Of a stretch of DNA of 47,632 bases, positions 1-8,932 are shown piece after piece. The position numbers and the translations under genes are program-made. Each line of letters starts with the position of its first letter. The stretch's first letter is position 1. A model generated the notes under the pieces. That model was not told where the DNA came from and ran no database searches. It was given only the letters and a program-made list of their open reading frames with translations. Where the stretch lies: sequence record SRR31156797_117, one strand, 5' to 3'.

Positions 1-272
1 AAAGCACCTTTTTCGTGTCCAAATAATTCACTATCAATAGTTCCTTCAGGTATTGCGCCGCAATTGACTGCAATATATTTTGCATGTTTGCGGATACTGT
101 TTTCGTGAATAATTTTTGGGAATGTCTCTTTACCGGTTCCACTCTCCCCTGTTATAAGCACCGACATGTCAGTTGGAGCAACCTGTAAGGCAATATTAAT
201 TGCTCTATTTAGTCCGTCAGAGTTACCAATAATTCCAAATCGTTGTTTTACCCGTTGTATATCAGAATCCAT
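1..272 (-). CDS. Sigma-54-interaction (AAA+) Fis-family transcriptional regulator, 5' part; runs off the window
   Basis: Not in the ORF track. Manual translation from ATG at 272 gives MDSDIQRVKQRFGIIGNS...VLITGESGTGKE (Walker A)...AVNCGAIPEGTIDSELFGHEKGA, characteristic of NtrC-type AAA+ domains. Confidence 0.93.
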   Translation of the reverse strand, partial: MDSDIQRVKQRFGIIGNSDGLNRAINIALQVAPTDMSVLITGESGTGKETFPKIIHENSIRKHAKYIAVNCGAIPEGTIDSELFGHEKGA

Positions 273-440
273 AGTTTTATGTCATTATTGCAATTAACTG
301 ACAAAATTACAATTTTTGAACCAAACTGCGGCTTTAATAGGCGAAAATGTTTGCTTAAAGTGCTTCTACCTTCTATGATATTATAACTATTCGGCTACTT
401 TCCTGAAGCCATAGCAGAAAAAATGAAACAAAAGAAAAGT

Positions 441-636
441 GTCACTTCGACTGCGCTCAGCAACCACAATGACCAGAAACAACAAACTCTGAGCGGAACC
501 TATAGATGGGAATGGTTGTAAGAAAGTGTCTTGAATGAAGTCACTTCGACTTCGCTTACTTCGGCTGCGCTCAGTAACCGCAGTGACCGGGAACACTGTA
601 ATTTTCAATCTTTAAATCCGAAACCTGAGGGGAGAA
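441..636. repeat. REP-like palindromic repeat cluster, two doublet units (starts 441, 540)
   Basis: Left arm GTCACTTCGACTnCGCT..CAGTGACC-like at 441-474 and 540-588; decayed inverted right arms (CTGAGCGGAACC ~489, CCGAAACCTGAGGGGAG ~618). Confidence 0.85.
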
Positions 637-659
637 GATTGAGAATAATTACTTGAAAT

Positions 660-2291
660 TTACTCTGCGTAGATGCTGGTAAACTCAAATTTATCAACAT
701 CAAACAAACCTTTATCTCCTAACTTAAGTGATGGTATTACCAACAAGCTCATAAATGCGAGGGTCATAAATGGAGCCTGTAAGGTAGAACCTAAATTCTT
801 TACTCTTTGATCTAACTCATTATATTTAACTGCCATGTTTTCAATGGTTTCATTAGCCATAAGTCCGCCAACTGGCAATGGAATAGAGTCAATTATGGAA
901 TTGCTTGAAATACAAATACCTCCTTCTGTTGAAATAATGTTATTCACTGCATTTACAATATCCTTATCATTATCACCAACAGCAATAATATTATGACTAT
1001 CGTGTGCCACAGAACCTGCAATTGCAGCATTTTGAATATTAAATCCTTTAATAAATCCAATTTGTGGCTTGTGGCCTTTTTGATATCGATTTATTACCAC
1101 AATTTTTAAAATGTCCGTTTCTTTATCCGGTTGGAGTTGTCCATGTACTACCGATAGTTGAACCGTCAAGCTATTTGTAATTAGCTCGCCATCTATTGCT
1201 TCTATAATTTTCACCTTCTTTCCTTTATCCTCCAACTGAATGTTTTCCTCTGAAATCGGTTCAACACTAAACTGATTAATCGTATTTTGAGGCATTTGAA
1301 ATTTCGTGGTTTCTCCTTTCCTAAATATTTCGCTCCCCTTCAAAAAAGAAGATTGAATGTTAAAATCTTTCAAATTATCCACAATGATAAAGTCTGCTGA
1401 ATCTCCAACTGTTAGCTTTCCAACCGGTAAATTATAATGGTCAATTGCTGTTAAAGAAGCGGCATGTAATACATTAAAAATATCATGTCCTTTCTCAACG
1501 GCCATTCGAACAATTCGATCAATATGTCCCTGAACTAATGTATCAGGATGTGCATCATCGGTACAGAACATTACTTTGTCAGGATATTCAGAGATTAATT
1601 GATGCAATGCTTCAAAATTTCGAGCCGCACTACCTTCTCGAATTTGGATCAACATACCTTTATTAATCTTCTCCTTCGCTTCATCGTAACTAAACGACTC
1701 ATGATCAGTAGATATGCCAGCATTAATATATCCAGAAAGGTCGTCACCTTTTAACCCTGGAGAGTGGCCATCAATATTCATATTGAATGATTTTGCAACT
1801 TCAAGCTTGGCCATTACATCATCAAATTTATTTACAACCCCAGGAAAATTCATCATTTCAGAAAGTGCAACAACATCATACTTTTGAAAGATCTCTTTAA
1901 TCGTTTGAGCATCAAAAACAGCTCCCGAAGTTTCAAATGGTGTAGCTGGTACACATGAAGGGACTCCAAAAAATATCCCAATTGGCGATTCTTTGGATTC
2001 ATTATACATAAAATCAAATCCCTTTACTCCGCAAACATTTGAAATTTCGTGTGGATCAGTAATTACACCAAGCGTTCCAAATTGCTTTACATGATTTGCG
2101 AAATAAACTGGCGTAACCATTGTGCTTTCAATGTGAACGTGTGCATCAATAAATCCAGGTAGAATATAAGTTAGAGAAGCATCTTCATCACCTAATTTAT
2201 TAATTTCCAATATTCTATTTTGTTTTATTATAAGTTCAGCTTTAAATATTCTGCGTTGTAATACATCAACGATATTCCCAATAATATTCAT
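660..2291 (-). CDS. ade: Adenine deaminase
   Basis: 543 aa; PGFIDAHVHIESTM, TDPHEISNV, EMMNFPGV, DGHSPGL, TDHES, CTDDAHP, SVAHDSHN, LLVIPSLKL motifs. Confidence 0.96.
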   Translation of the reverse strand: MNIIGNIVDVLQRRIFKAELIIKQNRILEINKLGDEDASLTYILPGFIDAHVHIESTMVTPVYFANHVKQFGTLGVITDPHEISNVCGVKGFDFMYNESKESPIGIFFGVPSCVPATPFETSGAVFDAQTIKEIFQKYDVVALSEMMNFPGVVNKFDDVMAKLEVAKSFNMNIDGHSPGLKGDDLSGYINAGISTDHESFSYDEAKEKINKGMLIQIREGSAARNFEALHQLISEYPDKVMFCTDDAHPDTLVQGHIDRIVRMAVEKGHDIFNVLHAASLTAIDHYNLPVGKLTVGDSADFIIVDNLKDFNIQSSFLKGSEIFRKGETTKFQMPQNTINQFSVEPISEENIQLEDKGKKVKIIEAIDGELITNSLTVQLSVVHGQLQPDKETDILKIVVINRYQKGHKPQIGFIKGFNIQNAAIAGSVAHDSHNIIAVGDNDKDIVNAVNNIISTEGGICISSNSIIDSIPLPVGGLMANETIENMAVKYNELDQRVKNLGSTLQAPFMTLAFMSLLVIPSLKLGDKGLFDVDKFEFTSIYAE

Positions 2292-2410
2292 ATCGAATTA
2301 AATTAAAGTTCAAGTAAACAGAAAATCAAGTTAGCATTTTTAAGCATATTATCAAAGCAATATAAAATAAAGAGAGTAACCTGTTCATTACCTAGGCTAT
2401 AATAAAAAGG

Positions 2411-2835
2411 GTAATTTCGACTGTGCGTTCATTTAAAAGCTTTAACTCCGAACCCTGAGCGGAGTGGTTTCCGAGCGGAGTTCAAGGACCAAAGGGTGGT
2501 ACTACGCAAAATTAAGGCACAACAAGGTGTCATTTCGACTTCGCTCAATGACCGCAGTGACCGTAATACCTAAAACGTATTAATCCATATTTGCAACTCC
2601 GAACCCTGAACGGAGCCGAAGGGTATGAACAAATGCAGTAAGACACAATGTCAATTCGACTTCGCTTTGCAACCGCAGTGACCAGAATCACCCCCGCACC
2701 CTGAGCGGAGCCGAAGGGTGGAAATAATTCTATATGAATTTAAAGAAAAATGTCACTTCGACTGCGCTTACTTCGACTGCGCTCAGCATCCGCAGTGACC
2801 GGAATCCCCGAACCCTGAGCGAAGTCGAAGGGTGG
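2411..2835. repeat. REP-like palindromic repeat cluster, four doublet units (starts 2411, 2529, 2650, 2752)
   Basis: Each unit has a left arm GTCAyTTCGACTnCGCT..CAGTGACC (decayed in the first unit), a variable spacer and a right arm CCGAACCCTGAGCGrAGyCGAAGGGTGG. The cores CTTCGACTGCGCTCAG and CTGAGCGAAGTCGAAG are near-perfect reverse complements. Confidence 0.9.
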
Positions 2836-2926
2836 AAGCAGCTGCAACGTCCCAAAAAACATTAACAAACCACTTAAGCGCCGGGCGTTTAAATCTCTGT
2901 CAAACAGTAATTTATTGTATGCTAAA

Positions 2927-2948
2927 AAAGGTTCCACGTGGAACCTTT
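2927..2948. promoter_or_regulatory. parS centromere-like site 1
   Basis: Perfect 22-bp palindrome AAAGGTTCCACGTGGAACCTTT; core matches the parS consensus TGTTNCACGTGNAACA except for the outermost bases. Confidence 0.88.
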
Positions 2949-2967
2949 ACTTTAACTATATTTTAAA

Positions 2968-2983
2968 TGTTCCACGTGGAACT
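2968..2983. promoter_or_regulatory. parS centromere-like site 2
   Basis: TGTTCCACGTGGAACT, 15/16 match to TGTTCCACGTGGAACA; abuts the mnmG stop codon. Confidence 0.9.
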
Positions 2984-4833
2984 TATCTACCCATAAAAAT
3001 TAAAAGCACATTTATATCGGCAGGGCTAACTCCTGAAATTCGGCTTGCCTCCGCAATGGTTTTTGGTTTAAGCTTGTTGAGCTTTTGCCTGCCCTCAGTA
3101 CTAATCGAGTTAAACTGATTGTAATCTAGATCTTCAGGAATCTGGATTCGTCCTAATTTTTGAAGTTTTTCTGCGCTAGATTTTTCGCGCTGAATATAGC
3201 CCTTGTATTTAATCTTTATTTCGGCGCTTTCTTTTACGCTATTCTCAGGCACTTCATTTTGAATAAATTTTAAGATGTCGTCTAATAAAATCTGGGGTCG
3301 CAATAAGATTTTATCCGCTTTTGTTTTTTGATTTACCTCGGCGGTACCCTTGCCAACCAATACTGGATTTATATCTTCCGGCTTAAGGCCTGTCTTTTCA
3401 ATAGCACCAATCAGTGAATAAATCTTCTTGTATTTTTCATTGTACAATGTCCATCTGTAATCTTCTACTAATCCAATTTTGTGGCCAAGTGGAGTTAATC
3501 TTTCGTCTGCATTATCTTGTCGCAAAAGAATCCGATACTCAGCCCTGCTTGTAAACATTCTATATGGCTCGTTTACTCCTTTTGTGATTAGATCGTCAAT
3601 AAGCACACCAATATAAGCCTCATCTCTTTTTAAAACAAAAGGTTCTTTTTTATTAATTTTTAAGTGTGCATTTATCCCGGCCATTAATCCCTGAGCCGCC
3701 GCTTCCTCATATCCGGTAGTACCATTGATTTGTCCGGCAAAATATAAGTTCTTAACAAATCGTGTTTCTAGCGTATGATGAAGATCTGTAGGATCGAAAA
3801 AATCATATTCAATGGCATAGCCCGGGCGAAAAATCTTGACATCTTCAAGTCCTTTTATTTGCTGCAAAGCTTTAAGCTGAATATCCCAGGGTAAACTACT
3901 ACTAAAACCATTAATGTAATATTCAACAGTATCCCAACCTTCGGGCTCTAAAAATAATTGATGTCTATCCTTTTCAGCAAAAGTCACAATTTTATCTTCA
4001 ATACTTGGGCAATATCTAGGCCCAATACTTTGAATGGTTCCGTTAAATAATGGACTTGCTTCAAAGCCAGTTCTTAATATATCATGAACACCAGAATGTG
4101 TGTGTGCAATATAACATGATCTTTGACTGGCCAATTTCTTTCCATCATTTAAATAACTAAAAACACCTCCTTCTTCATCGCCGGGTTGCTCAGTCATCTG
4201 GCTAAAATCAATTGTGCGACCATCCAGCCTTGCTGGAGTTCCTGTTTTTAGTCTTTGTATGTTAAAATCATATTTTAATAGTTTTTCACTTAAACCAGTA
4301 CTTGCAGCATCTCCAGCGCGACCTCCTTTAATCTGAACTTTTCCAATATGCATCAGTCCATTCAGGAAAGTACCGTTGGTTAGTATAACACTTTTACTAA
4401 AAAACTCAAAGCCCATTCGTGTTTTTACTCCCTTTACCTGATCATTTTCAATAATGATATCGTCAACCATATCCTGGAAAAGATCAAGGTTTTTGTTTTC
4501 TTCCAAATAAGCTCTCCATTTTTCAGAAAACATCATTCTATCACTTTGAGCCCTTGGAGACCACATAGCCGGTCCCTTTGATTTATTGAGCATTCTATAT
4601 TGAATCAAACTATGGTCTGTAACCAAAGCCTGATAACCGCCTAAAGCATCTATTTCACGTGTAATTTGTCCTTTTGCAATTCCTCCTATCGCAGGATTAC
4701 AACTCATTTGACCGACCTTATTTAGGTCCATCGTGATAAGCAATGTTTTAGAACCCATATTCCCCGCAGCCATGGCAGCTTCGCAGCCTGCATGCCCGGC
4801 ACCAACCACTATAACATCATAATTAGGTAACAT
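2983..4833 (-). CDS. mnmG: tRNA uridine-5-carboxymethylaminomethyl(34) synthesis enzyme MnmG (GidA)
   Basis: VVGAGHAGCEAA, MSCNPAIGGIAKG, KGPAMWSPRAQ, GPRYCPSIEDK, GQINGTTGYEEAAAQG, YRMFTSRAEYR. ATG at 4833 preferred over the track's TTG at 4839. Confidence 0.98.
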   Translation of the reverse strand: MLPNYDVIVVGAGHAGCEAAMAAGNMGSKTLLITMDLNKVGQMSCNPAIGGIAKGQITREIDALGGYQALVTDHSLIQYRMLNKSKGPAMWSPRAQSDRMMFSEKWRAYLEENKNLDLFQDMVDDIIIENDQVKGVKTRMGFEFFSKSVILTNGTFLNGLMHIGKVQIKGGRAGDAASTGLSEKLLKYDFNIQRLKTGTPARLDGRTIDFSQMTEQPGDEEGGVFSYLNDGKKLASQRSCYIAHTHSGVHDILRTGFEASPLFNGTIQSIGPRYCPSIEDKIVTFAEKDRHQLFLEPEGWDTVEYYINGFSSSLPWDIQLKALQQIKGLEDVKIFRPGYAIEYDFFDPTDLHHTLETRFVKNLYFAGQINGTTGYEEAAAQGLMAGINAHLKINKKEPFVLKRDEAYIGVLIDDLITKGVNEPYRMFTSRAEYRILLRQDNADERLTPLGHKIGLVEDYRWTLYNEKYKKIYSLIGAIEKTGLKPEDINPVLVGKGTAEVNQKTKADKILLRPQILLDDILKFIQNEVPENSVKESAEIKIKYKGYIQREKSSAEKLQKLGRIQIPEDLDYNQFNSISTEGRQKLNKLKPKTIAEASRISGVSPADINVLLIFMGR

Positions 4834-5251
4834 TATCAAAAACGTTTAAATAATAATCTTCTTTTTCTGTCATTAATTCCTTCTCAACTTTAGTACCATC
4901 TTTATAGCCACATAAATGTAATACCCCGTGTATAACCACTCGTAAAAATTCTCTTTGAGAATCTGTGTTAAATTGTTTTGCATTATCTGCAATGCGGTCT
5001 TCACTAATATAGATATCTCCGGAAATTATACTCTCTACCACATAATCAAACGTAATAACATCTGTATAATAATGATGGTCTAAATGCTCTTTGTTGATGT
5101 CTAACAAATAATCATCTGAACAGTTTATTATATTAATTTCACCAACTTCTTTATCTTCCTGCTCAATTGTTTTTTGTATCCAGTTAGAGATAATATCAAA
5201 ATCTCCACTATATAAACCAAAGGGCTTATCAGCTTGTGTAAACTCAATCAT
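4823..5251 (-). CDS. ybeY: rRNA maturation RNase YbeY
   Basis: TDVITF, GDIYIS and HGVLHLCGYKD (variant of the YbeY HGxLHLxGYDH motif). ATG at 5251 preferred; a TATTTTTG -7 element lies on the minus strand at 5270-5277. Confidence 0.95.
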   Translation of the reverse strand: MIEFTQADKPFGLYSGDFDIISNWIQKTIEQEDKEVGEINIINCSDDYLLDINKEHLDHHYYTDVITFDYVVESIISGDIYISEDRIADNAKQFNTDSQREFLRVVIHGVLHLCGYKDGTKVEKELMTEKEDYYLNVFDNVT

Positions 5252-5281
5252 ACTTAAAAGTTTAATGTGCAAAAATAGAAA

Positions 5282-5677
5282 TTATCGCTTGAATTTGAGA
5301 ATAACTCTTCTTCCCTTGTTTTCAAATTCAATGTCATCCGACAATTTAATCATTAAGAAAATACCCCTTCCGTGTGGCTTCTCAACGTTGATAGGCTTAG
5401 TAGGATCAGGAACAGTCTTAAAATCAAATCCAGCCCCCTCATCCTCTATTATAAATTGAAAATTATGATCGTCTGCAGCAAATTGCAGATTAACCTTTTT
5501 ATCAGGATTACGCTTATTTCCGTGTATTACAGAATTTGTAACGGCTTCTAAAACTGCAATAAGAATATTTCCGTAAATATCTTTATGCAGATTGTACTTC
5601 TTATTAATGTCGTCTATCAATTGTTCAACGACGCTTATATTTTTAATATCTGATGAAAAGCTAATTGTTTTATTCAT
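5282..5677 (-). CDS. RsbW-like ATP-binding protein (HATPase_c anti-sigma/Ser kinase fold)
   Basis: EAVTNSVIHGN (N-box), IEDEGAGFD (G1), HGRGIFLM (G2); 131 aa. Confidence 0.88.
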   Translation of the reverse strand: MNKTISFSSDIKNISVVEQLIDDINKKYNLHKDIYGNILIAVLEAVTNSVIHGNKRNPDKKVNLQFAADDHNFQFIIEDEGAGFDFKTVPDPTKPINVEKPHGRGIFLMIKLSDDIEFENKGRRVILKFKR

Positions 5678-5700
5678 CCTGATAAATTGTTTCTACGAAT

Positions 5701-8700
5701 TTAATTATTTTCCACGTCATTTAGATATTTATCATACTTTCTTTGAAAAAAATATTTCAGTGGAAGTTTTTGCTTATTCAAAATACCCTTTTGCGTTTTA
5801 TGTTCTTCCTTATACTGAAAAATGTCCTCAGGGTTACTAATTTCATAAATATTTGGCTTTTCAGCTTCTCTTTTTTTATCTTTTTCTCTTTCTTCTTCTG
5901 CTTTTTCAGCCTCCAACATTCTGGTTAAAATTTGATTTTGTCTCCGAACGATATTGTCATTAATGTTACGCTTGATAATATCATCTATATTCTTATCAAC
6001 CATTTCGTTAATTTCTTGTAGTATCTGCCTTGTAGTTTGCCCAACTTCTCCGGATTGCATCATTTGCTGAAGCATTTGTTGAAGTTTTTCCTGTTCTCCA
6101 AGCATTTTAGATAATTGCTCACTCATACTTTTTTGTCCCTGACCCGGTTTAGAGCCCTTTTTGAGCTGATCTATCATCTGTTGAAGGGATTTCTTCATGC
6201 TTTGCTGTTTCTTCTTCATTCCGCTCATTCCGGGCTTACTTTGCTTTCCTTGTTTCTTACAATTTCCTCCAATACCGCTCATACTATTCATCTGATCAAG
6301 GCTTTCATTAAGCAACAAAATTAATTCATTAACTGATTGCATAATAATTTGCTGGTTAACCTGAATTGATTTAAACCTTTCAGCTTGAAAAGACTCTTTT
6401 ATCAAACCAAAGTTTTGATTGATATTTGTAATTTGATTGCCAATACTTAACGCAACCATAGCATTGCGACTCATAAGTGCATTTAAACTATCCTCAAGAG
6501 AATTAAATCTTTCCTTCAAATCCAATTGATTTCGTTTGAGCTCGTTTAGGTTGTATTGATCTTGATTATTAAATTGTTCTATATAATTCTCCTGAATAAA
6601 ACTAAATAGTAAAAGATTTTCAAGTAAATCCCGAATCATAGCAGCATCTTCGCCCTGTTGCTGCTGCATGGCAGCATTCATATTCATTTCCATTTGATTG
6701 GCCAACTCCTGAAGATCGTCACCTGGGTTTTTCTCTTCATCACTTAAATCATCTGAACTTTCTAATTGATCTGACTTTTGCTGAATGTTCTCTTTCTCTT
6801 TCTTAAAATCATCCAAATTATAAGGATCCTGTAACTGTTTATTCTTTTTTAAATTTTCATCGTGCTGATTAAATGTGCTGTCTATTTGATCCTTCAACTT
6901 TTCTAATTCATCATTGGATATTGCGGAAGTAGAATCATTTAACTTATCACCTAATTCACGAATTTTATCTATTAATTCATCTTGTTTTTTTTCAACTTCG
7001 TACCGTTTAAGCATTTCAAGATTTTGATCTAAATGTTTTTCTAGATCATCCATAGATAAATCAACATCATCAAGCCTTGGGTTCTCTTTATTTAATATTT
7101 CATTTTGAAGCTTTTCAAGCTGCTTCATTAACTCCTTGAGTTCATCATCCATTAGCTTTTGCAATAATTCCTCTAATTGTTGTTGCTTCGATCGTAAATT
7201 TTCTTTTTGATCAAAGCTTCCAAGCTCTTTTAAATCTTCTCTTAACTTGTTAATCTGCTCAGAAAGCTGTTTCAAATCTTCATTTGCTTGCTTCAACTGA
7301 TCACTCAATTGTTGCTTTTCCCACTTTGAAGAATTCTCAGCAAGTAACTTTTTTCTGATATTGTTTTTCTCTTTATTTAACTGTTCAAGTAATTGGGTTC
7401 CCAGCGATAATTTATCTTTTAACGTTGTAATCTTAGCTTCCTCAAGCTGACTTAGTTTTCCTTTGGATGGAAGCTTCCCATATAGGGTTTGAGAAAATAC
7501 TTCTTTATGTGGGTAAAATGGATCATTGTCTTTAAGTCTCAATGATATTTCAACATCTTTAGATTGAATTATTGATTCATAATCCCGAAGACTACCTGAA
7601 TATTGAAAAGCTTGACTAACGCTAGAAGAAATCATTGGAATATTTTTAACTAGTTCTTCATCACCATATTTTAGTATAAAATCAAAACTGTGAAAACCAT
7701 AATCATCACTTATTTCTCCTTCAAAAGTAAAATTGCCCAGTAAATCTATTTTTGAGCTATTCAATTTAATATTTGGATACTGATCAGGAATAGCCTTTGC
7801 TGAAAATTCAACAGAATCAATTTTGTTTCGAAATAGATTTTTAAGAATCACAGCATAGTTAAAATCTTTAAAAAATGTGCTTTGATAAGTATACTCGCCA
7901 TTGTTCAGGTAAGTTAAAGATATTATGCTATCTGTATGTAAAAAAAGGCTATCTGTGTCAATGGTACGAATATTCCATGTAAGTTTACTTCCATAGGGAT
8001 AAGTCACATTTCCTGAACCCTGAATAGTAAACTTATCAATAAAAGTGTATTTTGGTGGAACAACTTCTAACTGAAACGCTTTTAGTATAGGAACAGGGAT
8101 ACATTTGATAGTATAAACTTGTGAATTATATATATCGTTCGTGAGTCTAAAACTAATGTCCTGTCTAATATTATCAATATTATAGATAAAGTAATTTGCT
8201 GAATCATTCATAAAAAAATGTTCGCCTCCAATATCTATATACAAGTTTTCTGGTCTATGCATTCCCTCTACTTTCGCTTTCAAATAAAAATCATCTCCTT
8301 TATCTACTTCTAATAGATCATTCTCCAAAACAATTGTATAAGGGAGAGATTTGTTTTCATTGTTAATGGGAAACAGTCTTTGCGAACTATAATTAAAAGA
8401 TTCCGGGTTAATAAAAGCCATTAGGGATAAAAGCAAAACTATGCCAAGAAAAATATAGATTTGCTTAAGGAGTGTTTTAAAAGAAAAGAATTGCTCAATT
8501 TTATTCAAATTAACCTGAGCTACTTTCTGATCAATACTAGCTAAAACTAATTCATTATGTCCTGAAGCATTATAGAGTTCAAGAATATTAAGCAATTTAT
8601 CATCAATTCTATTTTCTGCATTACCAATTTGTCTGGCAAACCAATACTGGTCATATTCAGACTTATTGATAACCCAATAGTAAAAAGGCTTTCCTAAATA

Positions 8701-8916
8701 ATAAAGGATTAGCGACCCTATTATTACAAAAAAGGAGAAATGAATTATTGTAAGGTAAAATTGATTAAAATGTATGGCGATATCGGTGAGAATGAGAATA
8801 AAAAAAGCAGCCAGAGAAAAAATAAACAAATACAATAATCCTTGCAGAACACTTCTTATAAAATATAAGTTTCGTGTTCTGTTAATATAGTTTTGTATTT
8901 GCCTAACATTATTCAT
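5701..8916 (-). CDS. Large membrane-anchored coiled-coil protein (DUF4175-like)
   Basis: 1071 aa; three N-terminal TM segments, beta-rich middle with ISDDYG, long Q/E/K-rich coiled coil, RQNQILTRMLEAEKA near the C-terminus. Confidence 0.7.
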   Translation of the reverse strand: MNNVRQIQNYINRTRNLYFIRSVLQGLLYLFIFSLAAFFILILTDIAIHFNQFYLTIIHFSFFVIIGSLILYYLGKPFYYWVINKSEYDQYWFARQIGNAENRIDDKLLNILELYNASGHNELVLASIDQKVAQVNLNKIEQFFSFKTLLKQIYIFLGIVLLLSLMAFINPESFNYSSQRLFPINNENKSLPYTIVLENDLLEVDKGDDFYLKAKVEGMHRPENLYIDIGGEHFFMNDSANYFIYNIDNIRQDISFRLTNDIYNSQVYTIKCIPVPILKAFQLEVVPPKYTFIDKFTIQGSGNVTYPYGSKLTWNIRTIDTDSLFLHTDSIISLTYLNNGEYTYQSTFFKDFNYAVILKNLFRNKIDSVEFSAKAIPDQYPNIKLNSSKIDLLGNFTFEGEISDDYGFHSFDFILKYGDEELVKNIPMISSSVSQAFQYSGSLRDYESIIQSKDVEISLRLKDNDPFYPHKEVFSQTLYGKLPSKGKLSQLEEAKITTLKDKLSLGTQLLEQLNKEKNNIRKKLLAENSSKWEKQQLSDQLKQANEDLKQLSEQINKLREDLKELGSFDQKENLRSKQQQLEELLQKLMDDELKELMKQLEKLQNEILNKENPRLDDVDLSMDDLEKHLDQNLEMLKRYEVEKKQDELIDKIRELGDKLNDSTSAISNDELEKLKDQIDSTFNQHDENLKKNKQLQDPYNLDDFKKEKENIQQKSDQLESSDDLSDEEKNPGDDLQELANQMEMNMNAAMQQQQGEDAAMIRDLLENLLLFSFIQENYIEQFNNQDQYNLNELKRNQLDLKERFNSLEDSLNALMSRNAMVALSIGNQITNINQNFGLIKESFQAERFKSIQVNQQIIMQSVNELILLLNESLDQMNSMSGIGGNCKKQGKQSKPGMSGMKKKQQSMKKSLQQMIDQLKKGSKPGQGQKSMSEQLSKMLGEQEKLQQMLQQMMQSGEVGQTTRQILQEINEMVDKNIDDIIKRNINDNIVRRQNQILTRMLEAEKAEEEREKDKKREAEKPNIYEISNPEDIFQYKEEHKTQKGILNKQKLPLKYFFQRKYDKYLNDVENN

Positions 8917-8932
8917 TTAATCAATATGTGAC

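Noticed and set aside
387-608. 73-aa ORF
   Set aside because: Translation of the repeat cluster (ERSRS peptides); no independent coding evidence.
2292-2410. Purine riboswitch upstream of ade
   Set aside because: No purine-aptamer consensus was visible on the minus strand.
2411-2835. CRISPR array
   Set aside because: Repeats are degenerate inverted doublets with irregular period and spacer lengths; no cas genes are present.
2740-3118. 65-aa and 67-aa ORFs
   Set aside because: They run through repeat and parS DNA or lie antisense to mnmG.
4651-4666. Third parS-like site TATTTCACGTGTAATT inside mnmG
   Set aside because: Three mismatches in conserved arm positions and explained by the QITREI codons.
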